Assembly (NCBI GenBank): GCA_951406725.2
Contig: OX597822.1
Span: 11,842,001-11,906,000, forward strand
Length of the DNA: 64,000 bases
Reading direction: 5' to 3'
Origin: Octopus vulgaris
Taxonomy: Eukaryota
Shown: piece after piece, positions 1 through 12,230 of the stretch
Layout: every line of letters starts with the position of its first letter
Numbering within the stretch: position 1 is the first letter of the stretch
The notes under the pieces: model-generated
What the model saw: the letters and a program-made list of their open reading frames with translations, nothing else
Told to the model about the DNA's origin: nothing
Databases searched by the model: none
Made by a program: the position numbers and the translations under genes

Positions 1-436
1 GCCATTCATGTACAGACATACATACATGAATGAATGGATGCATGCATACATGTATGTATGTATGTATGTGTGTATGTGTGTATGTATTATATGTATGCAT
101 GTGTGTATGTGTGTATGTATGTATGTATGTATATATGTATGTATGTATGTATGTATGCATGTATGTATGTATAAGTGCGTGTGTATCTTTGCTGTGTCTG
201 TGCTGCTCTCCTCCTGTCACAACTTGATAAACGGTGCTGGTTTGTTTACATCTCTTGTAAATTAGTGTTTCGAATAAAAAGACCAATCGAATACATACTA
301 AATTTCCCCAAACAATAGATTATGAGATCGATTTGTTCGATTTAAAGAAATCCCCCCAGCGTCACTCTAATCCTTTGACTAAACAGGCAAGGAGTCAACG
401 TGGTGCCACTTTCAACAAAGTTAAACAATAACATAC

Positions 437-541
437 ATGAATAATTTTGGACTACATCGTCCCGAGTTCAGTGCCATTCTGTGGCACCTTTGGCTGACCA
501 ACGCCTTTGGGAGGTGGAAACAGAAAGAAGCCCGTTGTTGC

Positions 542-585
<44 letters not shown>

Positions 586-812
586 ATGTGTGCGTATGCG
601 TGTCTTTCTGTGTTTGTCCTCCACTAACGCTTGACAACCGGAGTAAGTATATTTACGTCCCCGTAACGTAGCTGTTCCGTAAAACAGATCGATAGAATAA
701 TCTTTAAAAGATAAGCACTGGAGTCCATTCATTCGTTCATTCGACTGAAAAAAAATTCTACGATGCGATGCCCCAGTATGGCCGCAGTTTAAAGACTTAA
801 GCAAGTAAAAAG
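437..812 (+). mobile_element. tRNA-derived SINE, type 1 (CORE-like, internal TA/TG microsatellite), diverged
   Basis: Aligns by eye to the intact copy at 48313-48725: GAGTTCAGT B-box region, gaaacagaaagaagcccgt, gcttgacaaccg, tail gccccagtatggccgcag..caagtaaaa. Confidence 0.8.
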
Positions 813-1332
813 CATGCGAAAAATAAAAAAGGAAAACTTAGACAACACCATTATAACAATCATTTATTGAAGTTAGTTATGTTTACTGCGAGACGCAGTG
901 TCATATTTTCAGGTCTATGACGTAATGGTGCGTTGCATGACGTAATTATGTTTCCGGTTAATAAAATATTTCGTAATGACAGAACAAAATAAAAAAAAAA
1001 AGAATTGCGTTTTGTTTTCGTTTTCCAAAAACAACGCTTTTGAAAAAAATGTTTCTTTGTTTATATTATTTATATTTTGCAGAGAACACTGTTATGTAAT
1101 TAATTAGGACTTACTTGGCAAAAATAGCGAAGAAAAAAGCTTTTGAAAGGAAAGGGAAGAATGAGAAACAAAATAACATAATGGAACAGACATTCTCAGA
1201 AGCAAACACACGCACACATACGGACACACACATACATGAAAAAGGGTGAAACTACACGGAATTAACAGCAAGCAAAAAATAAAACTATTGTATATATTTA
1301 TACATATAACATATAATGTATGTGTGTGTATG

Positions 1333-1386
<54 letters not shown>

Positions 1387-1389
<3 letters not shown>

Positions 1390-1629
1390 GTTCAAACACA
1401 AAAGAGATACCCGAAGAATAGGATATCTGACTCGCTAGAAAGAGCAGTTAAAACTCCAAGCCACCAATTGTTGTAATTCCGAAAGTGATTGGAAAATAAA
1501 AACTTTTACCTTAATACCTTATTTTTCAATCACTTTTGGAATTACAACAATTGGTGGATTGAAGTTTTAACTGCTCTTTCTAGCGAGTCAGATATCCTAT
1601 TCTTCGGGTATCTCTTTTGTTTGAACGTA
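1387..1629. repeat. Near-perfect palindrome with ~110-bp arms (Penelope-like inverted terminus or MITE)
   Basis: tacgttcaaac..gagatacccgaagaataggatatctgactcgctagaaagagcagttaaaact..ccaccaattgttgtaattcc is mirrored by ggaattacaacaattggtgg..agttttaactgctctttctagcgagtcagatatcctattcttcgggtatctc..ttgaacgta; ~20-nt spacer. Confidence 0.9.
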
Positions 1630-2083
1630 CACTGTATTCTTCTTTGAATAATATATAGTCTTTTGACTAATTTTTTCTTTCTCGCTAGAGTACTGGTGAC
1701 TAAGAACTTTTCTATAAATATTCTTGCTACCCTAAGATTTTAATTAATGATATATATAGGATATAGAAACTATGTGTGTGTCTTTGCAAACTTTTCAAAC
1801 TATTGTCTAGTTTAAAAAGCCTCATTAGATGCCATGATGGTTCTAAGGAGTAGGTACACGTGATGGTCAGATTCTGCTTAAGGAGTAGACAACCACCATA
1901 TATATACACGTCTATCTATCTTGCTTTCGAACATTGCACATCAAAGCACACCAGTTTCTGATAGCACCAGAAGCACTCCCTCCCCGCCCGCTCCCGCTGC
2001 AACCATGCACATCACCACCACCACCGCCACCACCACAACCATCAAAACGAACACTGTCATCAACATCATCATCAACATCATTC

Positions 2084-2237
2084 TTTTTTTAAATCCTCCC
2101 CTTTTTTTGTCCTCTTTCTTTCCTTTTACGATCCCTTTTGATCGAAAACCAACCCCCTTTTTTTACCCCCAAAAGAAAAGCTCTACCTTGTAAGTTGTTC
2201 TGTCTGTGTGCAGCCCTGTGTGGCTAATAAAGAAACA
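2084..2237 (+). mobile_element. Tx1/L1-like LINE, extreme 3' UTR fragment ending in (TATC)n
   Basis: Nearly identical to 5000-5144, ending gccctgtgtggctaataaagaaaca then tatctatctatc. Confidence 0.85.
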
Positions 2238-2255
2238 TATCTATCTATCTATCTG

Positions 2256-2326
<71 letters not shown>

Positions 2327-2357
2327 GTCAATCAGTCTATCATCCTCTACGTGCTTC

Positions 2358-2673
2358 TAGACTGCGGCCATGCACTACCTTCCAGAATTTTAGTCAAACT
2401 AATCGACTCCCCAAGATTTATTTTATACTTTTGAAGCCTGATACTGTATCGGTCTGTTTTGCTGAGCCACAAAGTGACTGGGATGCATACACACTAACAT
2501 CGGTGGTCAGGTGTTGATGGGGACAATCATAGACACAAAGACACGCACACAAATATTCATTCAGATTCCGTCTACCAGATCCATTCATAAGGTTTTGTTC
2601 TGCCCGGGGCTATAGTGGTTTGAACTCAAAATGTTGTGAAAACAAACGCCTTACCATACAGCTACTCCTGCGC
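2358..2673 (-). mobile_element. tRNA-derived SINE type 1, diverged
   Basis: Reverse complement of head (gcgcaggagtagctgtatggtaag) and tail (gcatggccgcagtctag). Confidence 0.75.
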
Positions 2674-3743
2674 AGGAAGGCATCAATATATATGCATAAG
2701 GGTAACCGAAAACTGGCAACATATTTGCGTCTTTTGTACTAATCCACGTTTTGTGGGGCTGTTTTCATAGGTATCTCCGTTCGAAATTCATTTTATTTTC
2801 TGTAAATGGCCAACACATAGACGCTTCTAAGTCTGTTTATAAAAGATATTCTCACATTTCAAATATCTGTTAATTAGCCCTAAAGTACACGATCGTTAAC
2901 TTCAGGGGCTACTTAGCGTGATGATACAGAGTACTCGGCCAGTGTCTAAGAGGTACAGCGTTCGATTCTTTGTAGAAAACTGTGGGTAATTTTATTTTCC
3001 GCCCTTATAGAGTTAGTTATTGAAATGTAGGCAGTTTTCGTAACTATCTTCTGTTCGAAACTTCATTTTCTCTAAAATACTAATGAATTTGGCGCTTCTA
3101 AATATGCTTATATATAAAACTGTATATATCTGTATAGTTTCCATTACCTACCTACCTACCTACCTATCTATCTATCTATCTATCTACTTACCTACCTACC
3201 TCCCAACCTCCTATCTATCTACCTACCTACCTATCTATCTATTTAAAGATACAGGTGTGTATACATGCATATTATATATGTAATTACGGGAGTGCTTTTA
3301 TAGAAAAGTTTAAATATATTACTGTTTTTAATGCGAATACTATCAAAATCTGATTATGCCACTTGGTAGGAGAGAAAGTGTATTGGTGAAAAGAGGAATG
3401 AAATGGGATTATATCCAACAGGGATTCACCCACACGCATATACATACACAACAGAAAACGTGTATTCTTTTATACAAGGCGCTCAGTTCTGTGTTATATC
3501 ACAAAAAAAAACAAGATCCAATTTGTGGAAAGGATTATACGAGTTAACGGTTAGTATGGTGTCTGAGAAATCGTCAACTTGTTTTCAAAATATCTATCTG
3601 TGTGAGGACTTAAATAATCTGCTCCTACGTGTAAGTAGTGCGTACAATTTTTCTGATTTGTATGAAATATGTGACTTTTTGTGAAAATACTGCATTCCCT
3701 TCTGATTGGCTAGTATGGTAGAACTATATCTATCTATCTATCA

Positions 3744-3819
<76 letters not shown>

Positions 3820-3825
3820 GTCTGT

Positions 3826-5144
3826 ACCTCCGTCGTGGGACGCTGGACAGACGGCCCGGTTGAGTTGCTCGGGGTCTGGTTCAGTCCGGACCTCCAAATG
3901 GAGAAGAACTGGAACGAGATAACGAGTAGGGTGGTCACTCTCGCCCGGCAATGGGCCGAGAGGAAACTGTCCCTAAAAGGTCAGACGGAGGTGGCGAACA
4001 CGTACATCGCGTCCATCATCTGCTACCGCCTGACCGTCGTACCTTGTCCCGACCCTACCATCACCAAACTAGAACGCATTCTCTTCGCTTCTTGTGGAAA
4101 GGATGCGTCCCGATGGTCAGGCGATCCATTTGCTGTCAACACCCGTTAAAAGGAGGACTGGGCTTGCATTCTATAGGGGATTAGTGGAGGGGAGGTACGA
4201 CGATGATCTTGGGGCAAACCTGGGCGTCGACGAGGAATACCTGACCCGCCTGTTTGAAACGGCTTTCGGGTCGGGACCTATGGACAACTTCCAGAGATCC
4301 CTTGCCTGGCGGTGCTACCGAGAAGCGCTACCCGTTCGGGATAAGCTCTATAGGCATGGCTTGAGAAACACGGGGCCGACCTGCCCGAGATGCGGACAGA
4401 GCAACGAAACCGCTCTGCACGCAATCGTGCAGTGTCCAACAATCTCCGACCTGTGGGCTTATGTCGAACGACTGCTGTCACGTGTGGGACGTGTCGGTTT
4501 ATCAGCCGAGTCTATCGTTAATATTGTCACGCCTCCTTCCTTCAAACGGGAAGGAAGAGCTATTTTTATCATACTTGTGGCTATGGCGAAAGAATGTATC
4601 TGGTGGACGCGCCTGAAAGGATTAGAGACAAACACTTTCCTCTCTGGTCAATCTCTCATCAACTTCTTCATGTATCACTTGAAGAGGAAAGTGAGAGTAG
4701 AGAGGCAAGTTTTGTCTAGTGAATGTTTTAAAAAAAGATGGGTGAATGTAGCAAGGATGGCACGTATGAATGACGAAGCCACCTTGACAATGATTCTATG
4801 AACCGTAAAAATTAATACAGAGAGTTGCTTATTTGCAAAAAAAAAAAAAAGAAATATAACATTTGACTTCATTGACCGAGGTTACAGTGGTCTTTTCCGT
4901 AGGCTTTTCTTTCCATGGGTAAACCTCACCTGTCCTCCCCTTTACACTTCATATTGACATTTCTGTGATAACGATCCCTATTGATCAATTTTTTCCTCCC
5001 CCCCCCCCTTTTTTGTCCTCTTTCTTTCCTTTTACGATCCCTTTTGATCGAAACCCCCCCCACTTTTTTTTACCCCAAAAAGAAAAGCTCTACCTTGTAA
5101 TTTGTTCTATCTGTGTGCAGCCCTGTGTGGCTAATAAAGAAACA
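3826..5144 (+). mobile_element. Tx1/L1-clade non-LTR retrotransposon, 5'-truncated (RT thumb, CCHC, 3' UTR), frameshifted and internally deleted
   Basis: VELLGVWF..NW..W..RKLSLKG..V..GGLG post-RT motifs; CPRCGQSNETALHAIVQC zinc knuckle; IWWTR; AATAAA near 3' end; both flanks are (TATC)n. Confidence 0.9.
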
Positions 5145-5278
5145 TATCTATCTATTTATCAATCTATCTACCTATCCATCTATCTATCTATTTATCCAAT
5201 TTATCTATCTATCTATGTATCTATATATCTATATATCTATATGTCTATCTATCTATCTATATATATATATATATATAT

Positions 5279-5332
<54 letters not shown>

Positions 5333-5333
5333 G

Positions 5334-5385
<52 letters not shown>

Positions 5386-6151
5386 TGTTTCTTTATTAGC
5401 CACACAGGGCTGCACACAGATAGAACAAATTACAAGGTAGAGCTTTTCTTTTGAAGGGTAAAAAAAAAAAAAGGAAGGGGGGAGTTTCGATCAAAAGGGA
5501 TCGTAAAAGGAGAGAAAAAGGACAAAAAGGGGGTTAAAAAAAGGGGGAGAGGAAAAAAATTGATCAATAGGGATAGTTATCACAGACATGTCAATATGAA
5601 GTGTAAAGGGGAGGACAAGTGAGGTTTACCCGTGGAAAGAAAAGCCTACGGAAAAAGACCACGGTAACCTCGGTCAATGAAGTCACATTTTATATTTTTT
5701 TTTTTTTTTTTTTTTTGCAAATAAGCAACTCTCTGTTTTCGATTTCAGGGTTCATAGGACTATGCTCAAGGTCGCTTCGTCATTCATACGTGCCATTCTT
5801 GCTACATACACCCATCTTTTTTTAAAACATTCGCTAGACAAAACTTGCCTCTCTACTCTCACTTTCCTCTTCAAGTGGTACTTGAAGAAGTTGATGAGAG
5901 ATTGACCAGAGAGGAAAGTGTTTGTCTCAAATCCTTTCAGACGCGTCCACCAGATACATTCTTTCGCCATAGCCACAAGGATGATGAAAATAGCGCTTCC
6001 TTCCCGTTTGAAGGAAGGAGGCGTGACAATATTAACGATAGACTCAGCTGATAAACCGACTCGTCCCACACGTGACAGCAGTTGTTCGACATAAGCCCAC
6101 AGGTCGGAAATTGTTGGACACTGAACGAGTGCGTGCAGAACGAGTGCGTGC

Positions 6152-6152
<1 letters not shown>
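5386..6152 (-). mobile_element. Tx1/L1-clade LINE, 5'-truncated second copy, inverted relative to the first
   Basis: ORF 5752-6261(-) matches the C-terminus of ORF 4094-4801; same 3' UTR; both flanks are (GATA)n on the + strand. Confidence 0.9.
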
Positions 6153-6221
<69 letters not shown>

Positions 6222-6316
6222 ATAGATAAAACTTACTTGGAAGAGGATGCGTGCTATTCAATCATATAATATAAATAATATATATACATACGTATATGTA
6301 CATACATCTATACGTG

Positions 6317-6370
<54 letters not shown>

Positions 6371-6374
6371 CACA

Positions 6375-6605
6375 GGACGTCATGAAACGTATACGACAAA
6401 AATACGAAGTACGAGTACATGGATTATGAACTATTTTTTCGAACAACGAAAGACACAAATGGAAAACAAGACAAACAACATAAAGAACGACTCTTCATCA
6501 GTTTTTGGCTGTTTTTCTATTCTCGTATTTCGAGCATTTAACAACAATATACGCTTTCGATAAAACAGTTGCTCCCGCAAAGCAAATGAAAAATAAATAT
6601 TGGAA
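6375..6605 (-). mobile_element. Probable Penelope-related non-autonomous repeat fragment
   Basis: Sits between (TG)n and (TA)n; T-rich tail similar in style to 23760-23930; contains CTGATGA on - strand but no complete ribozyme fold. Confidence 0.3.
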
Positions 6606-6669
<64 letters not shown>

Positions 6670-6904
6670 GGACGTGCCGCCTAGATAGGTAAGGTAGGCA
6701 ATGCCAACCTTGAATAAAATAGATAAGTATATGAATATTTTCCAGTTATGACAAAATATATAGCCAATTCAATAAACTTATGAAAGTTACTCTGATTACT
6801 ATGCATAAAATGTAAAATATCTTATTTCTTTGCAGGTTAGGAAGCCATAATTTATACACATATTACTTTATACACATATTACTATATATATATATATATA
6901 TATT

Positions 6905-7270
6905 TTTACGTACAAAATTTAAAGGACTGACCACTAAAAGTGGACGGTCAACATGCTAGATATAGACGTCTCAGCACAAACCAAAGCGTAAAAATAAGCA
7001 AGACAAATGAAAATATACGAAATAATAACGATTACCTATGTACCGATCAGTTTCGATTGTTAATATCCACGCATATGGATACGTGGAAATCTGCAATCTC
7101 ATCAGCAAAGTCTGTCGTATACAAATATAATTTGCAGGACTAGATACGAAAATGCTTGACCGGAGTCCCGCATGCATAGAGCCCAACAAATTATATTTAT
7201 GTGTATCCTTCAAATGCCTTCACTTTGGCGCGCTGAGATCGGAAATCTACCCTGCAGTTGATAAACTGCA
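6905..7270 (-). mobile_element. Small non-coding hammerhead-bearing element (pLTR/retrozyme-like) between (TA)n tracts
   Basis: Hammerhead at 7034-7112, followed on - strand by ctatatctagcatg plus the hairpin tgacc..cacttttagtggtca. Confidence 0.55.
7034..7112 (-). ncRNA. Type I hammerhead ribozyme, intact catalytic core
   Basis: - strand reads ctttg-CTGATGA-GATTG[..TCCACGTAT ccat ATGCGTGGA..]CAATC-GAAA-CTGATCG-GTA-catag. Stem II GATTG/CAATC has a 9-bp apical hairpin; stem III ACTGATCGGT is near-palindromic; GUA cleavage triplet; stem I has one mismatch. Confidence 0.75.
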
Positions 7271-7333
<63 letters not shown>

Positions 7334-9333
7334 AATAATAGAAATTAACACGGTTCCCGTCTACCAGTTCAATCATAATTCGCTGATCGTCCGGATTGAT
7401 TTAAAATGTATATTGCCTTATGTGGACAATTAGTGAGTAATTATTGACCTGCTTGTCGGTCTAAATCAGTAAATAGTTCGAAACCGATTGGGACCACGTG
7501 TTTTGATTATTGTTGATTATGCATGGACACACTTCACTCATTTCTCTATTAGCTCTAATTTTTCGTGTAATTAAAATCAATAGATCGATCTCTCAATCTT
7601 TCGGATGTCTGCCTTACGCTTTTCACCTTTTTTCTGACACCAGCTGTTTTGAGCAATGGCGTATCATGTGTACTTACTATAGACCAAAGAGCCAACGAGA
7701 GGCACGATACGCACAATCACCGATCATGTCTCCTTCAAAATAGCCATAGAGTAAGTAGATTGTATTTTGAAGTTGAGTAAATCTGGTATGTCTGAAATTT
7801 ACTTTTAAAGCTTCTGGTAGTCCTAATTCCTTTTATTCTAATAACTTTCCTGGAGCTGTTGCTATTTTGAACATTTATATTTAAATACGTACACGTAACT
7901 GGTTTTATATTTGTGTGATTTTCAAAACTTTAAGATTTGAGGAACGTGGAGCAGTGTCACAAACGGTACTGTTTGTGCAACAGCTCCACGTATAATTTTA
8001 TGAAAACCTACAAATGTGAAAGCGGTTAAATGTATATTTTTATAAAATGCAAATAAATCTTCATATGTCCTCTATACATTTACACACACATATACACATG
8101 CACACTATTGTAGGCACGTAAACCAGTGTTCTGGGTTAACAAACATCTATATCAGATCATATACAAAATCATGTGTACGTAAATAGATAAACGATAGAAA
8201 TTGGAATGAGTGACATTCTTTATCTAAACTCACTTCACTTTCAATAAAGTCACTACATTTTCTAACATTTGCCTATTTATATAAACACTATGGATACAAT
8301 GGGATGCTTAGTGCATATCCCGTTGCAGGAACATTTCCATTGCATGATGATATCAGGTAACCAATAACTGCGGGCGAGCTTTGAATAGCAATTTGCCAGC
8401 GTTTTCACCCGAATCTTCTTTAACTATATGTATGCGTATGTATGTAATCATATCGGTTACGCTGACTTAATACCGATAATTCAGAAGTAGATCATGCGTA
8501 ACTGACAGCTAAAATAACATCATAAAAAAAACACAGCCAAAACAAAATTTACAAAAAAATTAATATTAGTCCGTAAGAAGAAGAAAGACAGAGAACAAGG
8601 CTGATAGGTAGACAGACAGAGAGACAGATAGATAGATAGACAAAGAAAGAGAGAATTGAACGGTTTGGGTTGCAATCCTTCGTCAAGAAAGAGATAGGAA
8701 ATATGAGAAAGAGGAAAAGAAAACACTGCTATGGATGATGTATACCATATAACAAAGTATACTATATAACAATGTGCTAACAATGTACGGAAGACAGAAG
8801 TGCAAGCGCCAGTGACCTTAAAAGATCTCTGGACACTTTGGTTTAAAGACAGACACAAGGTGAATACATGTAAAGCTGCTAATTTTAGCGACTTTCTAGT
8901 TTTCTGTAAAGTTTTTGTAAACAATATAAAATATATATCAAATAAAGAAAAAAAGTTAATAAGACAAAATACGTTACGCAGATTTGAACGCTGGCTAAAT
9001 CCCAGAAATTTCTATTCAACACTTGTAATACAACCAAAGACTAAAAATCCACAACAAACAAAATCAACAACAATAACAACTTCATCAATAACAACAAAAA
9101 CAAAAACAACGACAACAGTCCGGAGAAAACATAAAAACTTAAACAGAAAAACGGACGAAATCTAATTACAAACATAGAGAAAAGCAAACAAAATGACTTC
9201 GAGTTATTCAAGCTCAGGTGTAAGAATGTAAGAAAATGCTAATGGAAGAGACAGGGCGAAAAACAGAGACAGAGATTTTATACTGACGTACACACACACT
9301 CTACAACACCACCTATATATGTATATATATATG

Positions 9334-9443
<110 letters not shown>

Positions 9444-9566
9444 TTATATATATATATAAGCATATATATATATATATACAAATATATATGTACATACGTG
9501 AATGTATATATATGTATATATATATATATATGTGTGTGTGTGTCTGTATAAATAGATAGATGATAA

Positions 9567-9643
<77 letters not shown>

Positions 9644-9949
9644 AAGATAGATAGTTGAAGAGGACAAGGGAGATTCGGTAAATGAGACACAGAACAGCAC
9701 GAAAGAGAAATGCACCGGTAAAGGGGAAATTTACAAAAGAGCGATGTTCAGAGAAAGACTGAGAGATAGAAAAGGTGAGGGAAATAAAGATAAGAGGAAG
9801 AAGGAAAATGAGAGAGGAAATATAGAGAGCAGAATACATAGAAGCACACACACACACACACACACAGATGTGAGACAAAAAGACATATATAAAGAAACAG
9901 TGACAGAAGGAAAAGACAATACAAAGTAAATGTACACACACACACACAC

Positions 9950-10021
<72 letters not shown>

Positions 10022-10420
10022 CGAGACAGAGTGAGACAGACCCGGAGAGAGACATATACGGACAAAGCGAAATGTAGATATTGTCGGTCATCTCCTTTTA
10101 ATTCGGCCTACTTGACAGCGTTATAACATTAGATATTGCCTTTTTACGTTACAAATTGAAGTCTTTTATATGCCAAAAGTCCTATTATTGCCGACAACAT
10201 GATTGGAAGTGATTTTATGCCCCTCACCAATTACCCTCCAGCTTTCTGTTTGGCTTTCCATTTAACTCTCTTTCGCACAAATCGCATACATAACACTGAC
10301 GATGTGTGCGCGCGCAGGGACACCCATTCGCAGTGTGTTTCTCTCTACGATAAAGAGCAGTGTTACAAGGTATATATGTAAATATATTTGGGTATGTGTT
10401 TATGCATATATGTGTGTGTG

Positions 10421-10476
<56 letters not shown>

Positions 10477-10493
10477 TATAACTATATATATAC

Positions 10494-10535
<42 letters not shown>

Positions 10536-10600
10536 GAATATTCCTATATATATATACATATATATGTATATCTATGCTTCTATACACACGTATATATACG

Positions 10601-10645
<45 letters not shown>

Positions 10646-11409
10646 TATATGTGTATATCTATGTTTCTATACACACGTATATATACGTATATATATATGT
10701 CTATATATGCATATATATATATATATATATATACACATACATATATATATATATATGTGTGTCTGCTTGGGTGTGTGTGTGTGTGTGTCTGTGTGTGTGT
10801 GTCTGTGTGTGCGTATATAAACGTATGTACATAAACGTATGGCTGTCTCCTAAGGCTATTTCCCACGTGTGTGAGCCAGCGATATTTTTGCTCTCAGAAA
10901 ATCAGAAAATGCCAGGATTTTAAATAGATTAATGCCGTGTGACGTCTTTTGTTTGACTTGTTGTTTGACCGTCAATCTGAGTGGTCCGTGTCCGAGCAAC
11001 ATTTTGGCCAGATTACTAATTGGTCACACACACTCAATCATTAGACATATTTCTTTTAGAAATATAAGTCTTGAAGAATGGCGGTGGGGAAAAAAAAAAG
11101 AAAAACATACAAACGTAAGTAAATAAAGATACAAAAATACGATAAATAATACAGGCAAAGAAAACTAAAGATATAAGCATGAATATCGATGAAAAGCATT
11201 GTGGTAAATGATACATAAAGAGATAGAGATGGAGAGAAGGGGAGAGAGGAGTGAGAGAGAGAGAGAGAGAGGAAGGAGAAGAGAGAGCGAGAGGGAGACA
11301 GAGAGAAATGATAAGAAAGAGTGTCGGGTAGAGGAGTGACGTGATATACAAGACTGAAAGTTTCCAAGTGTTTTGATGGAAACATTTACCAGTTTCTTTA
11401 TACGCAGTA

Positions 11410-11640
<231 letters not shown>

Positions 11641-11940
11641 ATCTTCTCTACTGGAAGCACAAGGCTTCAAATTTCGGGGAAGGGATTAAGTGGATTACAT
11701 CGACTCCAATGCATAACTGGTACTTATTTAATCGACAGTGATAATGCGTTAAAATTTTGACCAGCAATTTCGTGTGGAGGGAGAAAGTCGATTACATCAA
11801 CCGCAGTGCGCAACTGGTACTTATTGTATCGGTACCGTAATGATGAAAGACAAAGTTGACCTCAGAGAATTTGAAGTTAGAACATAAAGAATGGAAATTA
11901 TATTTCGTTAAGATGTTTTGTTCTGTGGACAACAAGTCTG
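11641..11940 (-). mobile_element. tRNA-derived SINE type 2 (Meta-like domain) fragments, two partial copies
   Basis: Matches reverse complement of 29085-29280: gcacaaggc..aaattt, caactggtactt, gatgaaag.caaagttgacctc. Confidence 0.75.
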
Positions 11941-11954
11941 TCTACTCATAAATT

Positions 11955-12227
11955 AACAAGGACGACAACAACAACAGCAAAAATGGAAGGAATAACAAGG
12001 ACGACAACAACAACAGCAAAAATGGAAGGAATAACAAGGACGACAACAACAACAGCAAAAATGGAAGGAATAACAAGGACGACAACAACAACAGCAAAAA
12101 TGGAAGGAATAACAAGGACGACAACAACAACAGCAAAAATGGAAGGAATAACAAGGACGACAACAACAACAGCAAAAATGGAAGGAATAACAAGGACGAC
12201 AACAACAACAGCAAAAATGGAAGGAAT
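11955..12227. repeat. Perfect 39-bp minisatellite x7
   Basis: Unit aacaaggacgacaacaacaacagcaaaaatggaaggaat repeated seven times with no visible variant. Confidence 0.95.
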
Positions 12228-12230
12228 ATA

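Noticed and set aside
2905-2975. tRNA-like segment (tagcgtgatg..gttcgattc)
   Set aside because: A cloverleaf cannot be formed; at most a decayed tRNA-derived repeat. The same applies to all SINE heads, so no genuine tRNA gene is called
11955-12227. CRISPR-like array or repeat protein (MEGITRTTTTTAK)n
   Set aside because: No unique spacers, no cas genes, eukaryotic context; plain minisatellite
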